Source: an uncultured Gammaproteobacteria bacterium
GTDB taxonomy: Bacteria; Patescibacteriota; Patescibacteriia; Patescibacteriales; GWE2-39-37
Assembly: GCA_964443495.1 (NCBI GenBank)
Contig: CAYUCS010000003.1
Location: 4,031-68,030, forward strand
DNA: 64,000 nucleotides
Reading direction: 5' to 3'
Shown piece after piece: positions 24,613 through 32,032 of this stretch. Numbering within the stretch: position 1 is the stretch's first letter; each line of letters begins with the position of its first letter. A program made the position numbers and the translations under genes. The notes under the pieces were generated by a model. It worked only from the letters and a program-made list of their open reading frames with translations. It had not been told where the DNA came from and did no database searches.

Positions 24613-25230
24613 TTAAATTTCTTCGACTATTTCTATTTTGGCTTTTCTAACGCCGAACCTCAGCGCATCCTGACGATCCTTGAACCAAACATCCACTCTT
24701 TCCTGATACCTTGAGTTCATTCTGTCCCTGACTACGAACACCCTGTCGCCAAACAGCTCAGGAATGCGGACCTTAGTACCGAACTTCAAGAAATTAGCAG
24801 CAACCGTATCTTCCTGGTTATGCTTACAAAGATTGAAGCCGTTAGCCGTAGTACACGGATCGCTATCAGTCTGCCCGACTTCGGAGTTGTAGGCGGTCAT
24901 CGAGTGGTAGCCATGATCCTTGATTTTAACTATTTTTTTGCTTACCACCGGCTCTATTTCAATCTTTTTGCTAATATTAGATGAAATAATTGGAGTGCTC
25001 TCCGAAACGGCCAGATTATCGCTTGATTGGCCCGCCACTGCGGCCACAGGTTGCTGTTTTTTGATTTCACCTGATTCCTTGGCTAATATTGGCAAAGGAA
25101 ACAGTAAATAATCATAGGCCACGATCGCGACAAGCAGGTTTACATAAATTTTGTGCTTCCGATTCTTTAATCGGTGACAACTACCGCTTAAATCCATAAA
25201 AGATTTTAACAAATTAAAAAATCCTATCAT
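24613..25230 (-). CDS. 3D-domain (MltA/RlpA-like double-psi barrel) cell-wall protein
   Basis: The C-terminal ~100 aa (TAYNSEVGQTDSDPCTTANG...GTKVRIPELFGDRVFVVRDRMNSRY...VDVWF) match the 3D-domain pattern. An N-terminal TM segment is present. Confidence 0.6.
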   Translation of the reverse strand: MIGFFNLLKSFMDLSGSCHRLKNRKHKIYVNLLVAIVAYDYLLFPLPILAKESGEIKKQQPVAAVAGQSSDNLAVSESTPIISSNISKKIEIEPVVSKKIVKIKDHGYHSMTAYNSEVGQTDSDPCTTANGFNLCKHNQEDTVAANFLKFGTKVRIPELFGDRVFVVRDRMNSRYQERVDVWFKDRQDALRFGVRKAKIEIVEEI

Positions 25231-25336
25231 ACGACAGGATCTCGCTTTGTTTTTCGTTTTGTTGTTGATAGACTATCGTAGCATATTTTTTAGAAAATGT
25301 CAATACCTGGTCCTGCCCACCGACTAATACTTAATA

Positions 25337-25365
25337 TTGACAATTAACCAAAAATATACTATATT
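25337..25365 (+). promoter_or_regulatory. promoter TTGACA-N17-TATATT
   Basis: Perfect -35 and a consensus-like -10. Confidence 0.6.
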
Positions 25366-25413
25366 ATTTAATCGCCTTTTCAACACAAACTCATCCCCAA
25401 AGGAGGATTCCCA

Positions 25414-25923
25414 ATGAAAACGGTTGCGCTCTTTTTACTTATCACAGCTTTTGCAGCACTCAGCGGCTGCGCCTTCGTCACACCCCCGCAATTCGTCAAT
25501 TCAACGACGGAAATCACCCGCGATGCCAGCGGAAAAATCGTATCTTCACGATATCATCGCGGCATCACCGGCTTCTCCTACTCAGGAGACAAGGAAACCG
25601 TGGGCGACTGGGCCTATGCCGAGCAAGTTGCGCGCAGCGGCAGCCAGGGATCGGGTGTCGATTCCAAAAACGGCGAGTACGAAGGCGTTGTTGCCTCGAA
25701 CAACCGTGACGTCAACGTCATGATTGTCGGCAATGGAATCAAGCGTAACTATTACGTAAAGTCCGGCCAGGAAGTTACTGGCACCCTGCCCCCAGGCAAT
25801 TACACCGCCACCACCTACTACCGCGGCCGAGATCGCGGCAGTTGGAGCTTTGAGGTCCGCCCTCAAAATCGGCACAACTACGCCGGAAAGGAGGTGTACT
25901 GGTACACTGTTTACAACCGCTGA
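25414..25923 (+). CDS. lipoprotein, unknown function (169 aa)
   Basis: AAGGAGG SD and the lipobox LSGC at residues 17-20. Confidence 0.65.
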   Translation: MKTVALFLLITAFAALSGCAFVTPPQFVNSTTEITRDASGKIVSSRYHRGITGFSYSGDKETVGDWAYAEQVARSGSQGSGVDSKNGEYEGVVASNNRDVNVMIVGNGIKRNYYVKSGQEVTGTLPPGNYTATTYYRGRDRGSWSFEVRPQNRHNYAGKEVYWYTVYNR

Positions 25924-25948
25924 TGCAGGAAAGATGAGGACAAAAAAA

Positions 25949-25985
25949 GAGGCCATACTGTTCGTATGGCCTCGCTTTATTTTTG
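25949..25985. terminator. bidirectional terminator (lipoprotein gene and the end of the pilin array)
   Basis: Perfect 10-bp stem gaggccatac/gtatggcctc flanked by A7 and a T-run. Confidence 0.8.
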
Positions 25986-25995
25986 CTACAATTTT

Positions 25996-26442
25996 TTATG
26001 GTGAGCCGGTCATGCCGCCACCATCGCTATCGACTACTGAATCAAGATTTGAGAATACGAAATACGTAATAGAATAGGCAGCCAGAAGTATTATCAACCC
26101 GATAACCGCGCGGGTAATGGTATTCTTCGCCTTCGTAATCTTGGTCTCGTCGCCGCCGGCGGTCATCCAATTATAGCCGGAGTAAACGATCAAGACGACG
26201 AAGATGATGCCGAGCAACCCGATAAATGCCTTGATAACCATAGCAACGATCTGCGGGACAGTCTGTTCAGTGGCAACTTCATAGCCGGCGCTTTCACGGA
26301 ACGCCTCTTCCTGCTGCCCGATTTTTTCATTCACAATCTTATCGTTCAGAAGTCCGAACGCATGGGCCTGCTGGGCGAATGAAAAGGAAAAAAACAGGAA
26401 CATCCCTAGGCACAAACCGATGATTTTATTACGACATGTCAT
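25996..26442 (-). CDS. VirB2/TrbC-like pilin-type protein, paralog P8 (array gene 6)
   Basis: Start at MTCRNK, 8 nt after the P7 stop; the track's longer ORF overlaps P7. Core is IVYSGYNWMTAGGDETKITKAKNTITRAVIGLIILLAAYSI. Confidence 0.6.
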   Translation of the reverse strand: MTCRNKIIGLCLGMFLFFSFSFAQQAHAFGLLNDKIVNEKIGQQEEAFRESAGYEVATEQTVPQIVAMVIKAFIGLLGIIFVVLIVYSGYNWMTAGGDETKITKAKNTITRAVIGLIILLAAYSITYFVFSNLDSVVDSDGGGMTGSP

Positions 26443-26450
26443 AAATTTCT

Positions 26451-26816
26451 TTAAACGAAATTCATAAAAACCCACCACCAAATAGCGTATGCACCGACGG
26501 TGATGATCAGACCGATAATAGCCCTCCACAAGGTTTCCTTCGCCTTATCGACTTTCCCGCTATCACCGGCGGCAGTCATCCAATTATACCCGGCAAACAC
26601 TATCAGGACTACGAAAATAACACCCAGCAATCCCAAAAAAGTACTGACTGCTTGCCCGATCAGCTTGGACATCGTAAATTCATCAGCGGCCGCATAGCCG
26701 CCAGTCTTGGCAACGTTATCCATTCTGCCGAATACCGATGCCGAAGCACCTGGCCCCAAAATTGAGCTAACCAGCAAAAAAACTGAGGCTAATAAATTTT
26801 TATAGGCTTTTTTCAT
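26451..26816 (-). CDS. VirB2/TrbC-like pilin-type protein, paralog P7 (array gene 5)
   Basis: Core IVFAGYNWMTAAGDSGKVDKAKETLWRAIIGLIITVGAYAI, starting 4 nt after the P6 stop. Confidence 0.6.
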   Translation of the reverse strand: MKKAYKNLLASVFLLVSSILGPGASASVFGRMDNVAKTGGYAAADEFTMSKLIGQAVSTFLGLLGVIFVVLIVFAGYNWMTAAGDSGKVDKAKETLWRAIIGLIITVGAYAIWWWVFMNFV

Positions 26817-26820
26817 AAAG

Positions 26821-27273
26821 CTAATTAAGCGCGGCGTCGTTCAGGGTGCCGGCGCCAAGACTCTTGATTACAAAATAGCTGATTGCATAGGCAGCCAACA
26901 CCACGATCAGTCCGATCACTGCTCGTGTAATCGTATTTTTCGCAGTTTCGACCTTGCCGTTGTCGCCGGCGGCCGTCATCCAATTATAACCGCCATAGAT
27001 TATCAGGAGCAAGAAAATGACGCCGATAAAGGACAAGGCGGTTTCGATGATAGTCGAGATAATCGGGTCAATCGATTCATTGTCGACGGAAACGTCGTAT
27101 CCAGCCTTGTCAGCAACCGTATCGAGCGGTTTAAGCTGGGAATCGGCCGCTCCCTCCCCCGAAGAAAAAGCATCCTTCAGGTTGGCGGCAAAAACATTAG
27201 GAGCAGCGATGGCGATGCTTAAAATTGTAAGCAGGATAGCCGAATATATTTTTTTTGCAATCAAGGTTCTCAT
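26821..27273 (-). CDS. VirB2/TrbC-like pilin-type protein, paralog P6 (array gene 4)
   Basis: Core IIYGGYNWMTAAGDNGKVETAKNTITRAVIGLIVVLAAYAI, starting 2 nt after the P5 stop. Confidence 0.6.
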   Translation of the reverse strand: MRTLIAKKIYSAILLTILSIAIAAPNVFAANLKDAFSSGEGAADSQLKPLDTVADKAGYDVSVDNESIDPIISTIIETALSFIGVIFLLLIIYGGYNWMTAAGDNGKVETAKNTITRAVIGLIVVLAAYAISYFVIKSLGAGTLNDAALN

Positions 27274-27275
27274 AA

Positions 27276-27698
27276 TTATTGTTGGATTAAATCGCCTTTA
27301 AAGCTGTTGCTCACAAAACTGGTGATGGCATAGGCTGAGAGGACGACCACTAGGCCGACTAATGCCCGCGTGATTATCTTCTTGGCAAGGGTAACATCAG
27401 AATCATTGCCATTGGCCATCATCCAGCGGTAACCGCCATAGATAGTAAGACCAAGAAAGAGAACGCCGACAAAGCTCAATACGATACTGATGTAGTAGCC
27501 GACCTTTTCGGCTAAGCGATTTTCAGATCCGCTAGAAAGGTCTCCTGCCGAATAACCTGCCGAGTCGCCGGTCTTTATCAGTCCGGAATTTTCATTGAAG
27601 CTATAAGCCGAAGCCTGATTGGCAAATACCGCTAGCGAAACAACCAAAAACATTCCCAAAAATACCGCTGCAATACCATTATTGAAGATATGCCTCAT
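27276..27698 (-). CDS. VirB2/TrbC-like pilin-type protein, paralog P5 (array gene 3)
   Basis: Core TIYGGYRWMMANGNDSDVTLAKKIITRALVGLVVVLSAYAI, starting 4 nt after the P4 stop. Confidence 0.6.
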   Translation of the reverse strand: MRHIFNNGIAAVFLGMFLVVSLAVFANQASAYSFNENSGLIKTGDSAGYSAGDLSSGSENRLAEKVGYYISIVLSFVGVLFLGLTIYGGYRWMMANGNDSDVTLAKKIITRALVGLVVVLSAYAITSFVSNSFKGDLIQQ

Positions 27699-27702
27699 AA
27701 AG

Positions 27703-28119
27703 CTACTCGCTAGTCAGTGATGTGCCGATAAACGACGTAATGGCGTAGGCACTCAGAACGATGACCAAGCCAATTGTGGCGTTTATTATCAACTCCTTAG
27801 CCTTGCCCACTTTCTGGTCATTGCCCTGAGCGGTCATCCACTGGAAACCGCCATAAACGATCAAGACGAAAAAAATCACGCCGATGTACGACAAGATGGT
27901 GCCGATCAGGGCACCGACCCGCTGCTCGATCGGCTGATCTGCTTGCGCAGTCAGGGCTCCTAGGTTGTTTTCTCCGGCAGGAATAGGAACGTTAACTGTT
28001 TCATTTAAACCGCCATAAAAAGCGGACGCCGGCATAACGGCGTATGACAACGAAAAAATCAGCAAGAATAAAACGGCTAGCTTATTTGCCCGTCTTGCTA
28101 TTAAACTCAGGAATGGCAT
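27703..28119 (-). CDS. VirB2/TrbC-like pilin-type protein, paralog P4 (array gene 2); start uncertain
   Basis: Core IVYGGFQWMTAQGNDQKVGKAKELIINATIGLVIVLSAYAI. MPFLSLIARRANK... (ATG 28119) gives a normal signal peptide, whereas the upstream in-frame starts at 28152 and 28182 lie inside hairpins. Confidence 0.55.
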   Translation of the reverse strand: MPFLSLIARRANKLAVLFLLIFSLSYAVMPASAFYGGLNETVNVPIPAGENNLGALTAQADQPIEQRVGALIGTILSYIGVIFFVLIVYGGFQWMTAQGNDQKVGKAKELIINATIGLVIVLSAYAITSFIGTSLTSE

Positions 28120-28146
28120 AAATAGAAAAGGATTAGTACGATTATC

Positions 28147-28207
28147 CTGCATTGATGCGAGTACAACATTTTGTGCCCGCATCAATGCAGAGTAAAACTC
28201 TGCATTG
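28147..28207 (-). promoter_or_regulatory. two mutually exclusive stem-loops between pilin genes 1 and 2
   Basis: 28178-28190 pairs perfectly (13 bp) with 28147-28159. The overlapping segment 28183-28192 pairs perfectly (10 bp) with 28198-28207. Confidence 0.55.
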
Positions 28208-28223
28208 AACGTATATTCTAAAA

Positions 28224-28625
28224 CTATGCTGCCATAGTTGCGCTAGAAATAGACGAGATGACGAAGCGGGAGATACCCCAGCTTGCCAAGATGATGATCA
28301 AACCGATAACGCCGGCTGCCATCAATTTCTTAGCTTCACCGATCTTATCTTCGCTGCCACCAGAGGTCATCCATTTGAAACCACCGGCTACGATGATAAC
28401 AACAGCGATGATACCCAAGAAACCGAGGGTAACATTGATGATACGAGCAACAATCACTTGAGGAGAATTGTTGGTCAAACCAATGTCATTGTTAATGTTG
28501 GCCTGTTGGCCACCCCACAAGTCACCCGTGTTGGGGACGAAGGCGGCGCCTGCATTGGCGGCTACTGCTGGCAATAAGATTACTGCCCAAGCAGCCACGA
28601 TAGCTAATTTTCGCAATGTTTTCAT
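28224..28625 (-). CDS. VirB2/TrbC-like pilin-type protein, paralog P3 (array gene 1)
   Basis: This is the only array gene with a strong SD (GGGGGTG, 5 nt before the ATG). Core is VIVARIINVTLGFLGIIAVVIIVAGGFKWMTSGGSEDKIGEAKKLMAAGVIGLIIILASWGIS. Confidence 0.65.
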   Translation of the reverse strand: MKTLRKLAIVAAWAVILLPAVAANAGAAFVPNTGDLWGGQQANINNDIGLTNNSPQVIVARIINVTLGFLGIIAVVIIVAGGFKWMTSGGSEDKIGEAKKLMAAGVIGLIIILASWGISRFVISSISSATMAA

Positions 28626-28766
28626 AATTCACCCCCTCTCTGGTGGCGCAGAGCGGCAAAGCCGTCGGCACGCTTATTTCTCATGTTGTTTGAACAATTC
28701 AGTCCACTAGGCCTAGCGGACTAAACTGCTTACGCTCCACGGAAAGTGTTTATTAACATTAGTAAT

Positions 28767-28796
28767 ATTTTAGCATATTTTGGCCAGAAGGAACAA
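28767..28796 (-). promoter_or_regulatory. candidate promoter TTGTTC-N18-TAAAAT (TGC extended -10) for the pilin array
   Basis: The minus strand reads ttgttc cttctggccaaaatatgc taaaat. This implies a ~140-nt leader containing the hairpin agtccgctagg/cctagtggact. Confidence 0.4.
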
Positions 28797-28808
28797 CAGT
28801 CTGCGGCC

Positions 28809-29537
28809 TTACCCCTCGGATGCGAGGCGGCGCCGAAGCTTAATGAAATTGCGCATAAACTTCATAGCGTCGCGAAAAACCTTCACTTTGCTCTTGCGGC
28901 GGTCGTACCTTTCCTCCGACCAATCCACAGGCAGCTCCCTGATCCGTGAGCCGGCCAGCCGGGCAAAGACGGCTAATTCGGTATCAAAAAACCATCCATT
29001 GTCCAACACTTTCGGGGCGATTGCCAAAAAAGAAGAGCGCCTGATCGCCTTAAATCCGCACTGCAAATCAGAAAATTTATGCCCCAGCATCAATCGCGAA
29101 ATCAGGTGGCAGCTTTGCGATGTAAGTTCGCGCACGAGCGAGCGCTCAATCTTCGATCCAGCCAAAAGCCGAGAGCCGATAACCAGATCGCATTCGCCAT
29201 CGACTATCGGTTCGACCAATCCGGGAAGATCCTCTAGGGAAACCGCGAGATCAACATCCATGTATGCCAGAACATCGGCCTGGCTTGTAAGCCAGTAATT
29301 CTTCAGGGCCCTGCCACGGCCGGATTGCGCGCTCTCGATAAGCTCAAACTCGGCCGGATTGCCGTCAGCCAAACTCTTGGCGATGGCCGATGACTGGTCA
29401 GTGGACCCATTAACGATCATGACTATTCGCCAGTCGAAGCCGAAGCCCGCCTTGCGGCAATAGGCCAGCAGCCTAAGGGCATTCTCCTTGAGCATCTGCT
29501 CTTCATTATATATTGGCAAGCAGAAATCAACTTTCAT
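28809..29537 (-). CDS. GT2 glycosyltransferase (polyprenyl-phosphate sugar synthase-like)
   Basis: LPIYNEE, VNGSTD and the DVD (DxD) motif; 242 aa soluble GT-A. Confidence 0.75.
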   Translation of the reverse strand: MKVDFCLPIYNEEQMLKENALRLLAYCRKAGFGFDWRIVMIVNGSTDQSSAIAKSLADGNPAEFELIESAQSGRGRALKNYWLTSQADVLAYMDVDLAVSLEDLPGLVEPIVDGECDLVIGSRLLAGSKIERSLVRELTSQSCHLISRLMLGHKFSDLQCGFKAIRRSSFLAIAPKVLDNGWFFDTELAVFARLAGSRIRELPVDWSEERYDRRKSKVKVFRDAMKFMRNFIKLRRRLASEG

Positions 29538-30276
29538 ATTTTTCAGCTGTCCCGTAAATCGTTAGGCCGAATGGCAAGCGAACACGGCCAAAAAGATATT
29601 TTTCGCTATCCAAAATCGCCAGCAGCAAGGAGTTGAGCGGCTTAGGCAGATTTGATGCTTCCGTGCCGAGCTCATCCGCCTGTTTATTTTTATTAAAATG
29701 CTTTTTAACCAGTCGCATTGCGGCTACGGGCAAGAAAAGCCAGAAATTCCAATAGCCTGTAGCGACTTTCCGGAAACCTGCACGGCCCAGCAAATCATCA
29801 AGATGATTTTTTTCGTAGCGACGGAAATGCCCCATCGCCCGATCATGCTGGCTGAATATCGCATTGAATGCCGGCACGGTAAAAAACAAGCGGCCGCCCG
29901 GCTTCAAGCTTCTGAATATCTTCGCAAGAGCGTCTTCGTCATCGGGCAGGTGCTCCAAAACGTCAAAAAGACAAATCGCGTCGTATTGGTTATCCCCAAG
30001 ATCTTCAAACCTGAGATCGCCCAACAGAGGCTCGAACCCTTTTTCTGCAACCAGCTTCAGCGCTTCGGCGTTGTTGTCCAGCCCGACCACCTTGCCGAAA
30101 TCTGCCAAGACCGGCAATTCGGTGCCAGTCCCGCAACCGATATCCAATATCACTCGGTCGGCAATCGTGCCTCGATAATGCAAATCGAGCAATCTGCGAA
30201 TCAGGCCCTTTCTGGCAATGTACCAGAAATGGTCTGTTTCGTTTTTTTGCTGGGCCAAATAATCTTTATAGTCCAT
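29527..30276 (-). CDS. class I SAM-dependent methyltransferase
   Basis: Motif I ILDIGCGTG and post-I GLD. It overlaps the GT2 gene by 11 nt. Confidence 0.8.
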   Translation of the reverse strand: MDYKDYLAQQKNETDHFWYIARKGLIRRLLDLHYRGTIADRVILDIGCGTGTELPVLADFGKVVGLDNNAEALKLVAEKGFEPLLGDLRFEDLGDNQYDAICLFDVLEHLPDDEDALAKIFRSLKPGGRLFFTVPAFNAIFSQHDRAMGHFRRYEKNHLDDLLGRAGFRKVATGYWNFWLFLPVAAMRLVKKHFNKNKQADELGTEASNLPKPLNSLLLAILDSEKYLFGRVRLPFGLTIYGTAEKYES

Positions 30277-30292
30277 GAAGAATTCTTTGACC

Positions 30293-32032
30293 CTATTTTA
30301 TCAGATTAGAAAACAAATTAATACTGTCGCCCAGTCCAGACGCGACGACCTCTTCCTTGCTTTCAAGAGCGGTTGGATCCAAGGTTTTGCTCAACTCTCC
30401 TTTTTTCAAATTGAGCGAGTACCGACCATCATTTTTCATCAAAACGATGAAACGATCGGAATAAGGCTGGATTAGCAGGACATCTCCCCCGCCCCTCACC
30501 GAATCAGGCATCGTTAATTCTTGCGCATAAGAGCCCCTGAATCTGTTCGACGGCAGCTGCCTCCCCAGCAATTCCATTATTGTCGGCATCGTATCCATGT
30601 GGCTGTATCGATTGTTGATTGTGCGCCCCCGGGCTTCCCGATTGCCGAAATAAACCGCCATGGACGTTCGGAAATTCTCGTCGAGCGCCCCGCGTTGGTT
30701 GAATGAATTATCCGACTGCAAAGCCGCTGGCCAGCTGTGATCGCCGAAAACGAAAAGCACGTAATCCTTTTCCGGATAAAGCTTGTCGAGGCGATTTAAC
30801 AACCCGGCCAAATATCCGTCCTGTTTTGACATGCTGGCGGATAACCGATTGCTGAATTTCACCTCCGAATCCTTTCCGATGCCAGCGTTATCGAACGGCC
30901 AATGATTCGTCGCCTCGAAGGTGATATAAGCCAAGCTTCTATCCTTTTTGCCATCTGCTTTCAAATAATCGAAAGTACGTTCGAGAAATACGTCCTCCTG
31001 CCGACCCCACATGAACTCAGGGTCCCCCTGGCGCCAAGTGTCATAGCCATGGATTTGGTCAAAACCGATATCCGACATGAACTTTCCCGTCTCCTCGAAC
31101 TCCAAGTGACTGCTGGCAAAGAAGGCGCTCTCAAAACCCAACGGCTTCAAAAGCTTCGGCAAACACTGAACGCTGGAACTTCTTCCTGTTGAAACCAAAT
31201 CTTTAAGAAATGAGCTGGGCAAGGAACATAATATATTCTCTTGCGCCAGGATCGTCTGCACGCTATTGCTATAAAATTCAGGAAAATAATAACCTTGACT
31301 GGCTATGTCGAGAAAATTCGGCGTGGTTGTCGCGCTGATCAACCTGGCATTGAAACTCTCCAGCTGAAGCATGACTATATGATTAGGAGTTGCGGTCGCT
31401 ATCTGGGAGCTACCAGTTTCAAAAGGCTCCGCTGCGGCCCCGATCGACTCATTGACCAGCTTTTCATAAATACGGCCCTGATAGAACTCAATTCCTTGGT
31501 TGCTTCTGGCTGCCTGCCCGATAAACGAAAAAAGTTCATTGCTTGAAAACGGCGCAATACCGATAAATACGAAGAGCAACGCGGCTCGTGCCCTCGGTTG
31601 GATGTTTTTAACGCTGCTGATAACCCAAGAACTGGCGAATGCGGCCGCAAGCAACAGGAATATGAGCCATGCATAGCTGCGGCCTAAAAATGCGAACTCT
31701 TGCCAACGCCTAACAACGAGCAGCAAATCCAATGGCGCGCCAACCACCGAAATGTAGCACACCAGAAAATAATAGGCTGACAGAATGACAATGGAGATCG
31801 GCAGCGACGCTTTTCCGGGCAAGACAGAATGGATCAGGAATAACAGCAGGAAAAGCTGCAAAAACCCCACGCTTGATGCTAGCCGATCAGTGCCAGTTTC
31901 AAACGATAAGGCAAAAAAGACAGCGTTAATCAGCAAAAATGCTGCCGCACCGTAAAATGAAGCATTCTTGCGCAAATTTTTTATCAAAATGTCTTTTGTC
32001 ATTTGCGGCCTCGTTCCGACTTGTTCGAACAA
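30293..32032 (-). CDS. LtaS/sulfatase-family phosphoglycerol-transferase-like membrane enzyme
   Basis: Five or so N-terminal TM segments plus an alkaline-phosphatase-superfamily domain (MLQLESFN, GDHSWP). Confidence 0.65.
   Translation of the reverse strand: MFEQVGTRPQMTKDILIKNLRKNASFYGAAAFLLINAVFFALSFETGTDRLASSVGFLQLFLLLFLIHSVLPGKASLPISIVILSAYYFLVCYISVVGAPLDLLLVVRRWQEFAFLGRSYAWLIFLLLAAAFASSWVISSVKNIQPRARAALLFVFIGIAPFSSNELFSFIGQAARSNQGIEFYQGRIYEKLVNESIGAAAEPFETGSSQIATATPNHIVMLQLESFNARLISATTTPNFLDIASQGYYFPEFYSNSVQTILAQENILCSLPSSFLKDLVSTGRSSSVQCLPKLLKPLGFESAFFASSHLEFEETGKFMSDIGFDQIHGYDTWRQGDPEFMWGRQEDVFLERTFDYLKADGKKDRSLAYITFEATNHWPFDNAGIGKDSEVKFSNRLSASMSKQDGYLAGLLNRLDKLYPEKDYVLFVFGDHSWPAALQSDNSFNQRGALDENFRTSMAVYFGNREARGRTINNRYSHMDTMPTIMELLGRQLPSNRFRGSYAQELTMPDSVRGGGDVLLIQPYSDRFIVLMKNDGRYSLNLKKGELSKTLDPTALESKEEVVASGLGDSINLFSNLIK

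Noticed and set aside
28626-28766. Upstream ORFs in the pilin-array leader (a 9-codon ORF, and a 20-codon ORF whose TGA overlaps the P3 ATG)
   Set aside because: Neither has an SD and both are short enough to arise by chance. They were noted but not called as genes.
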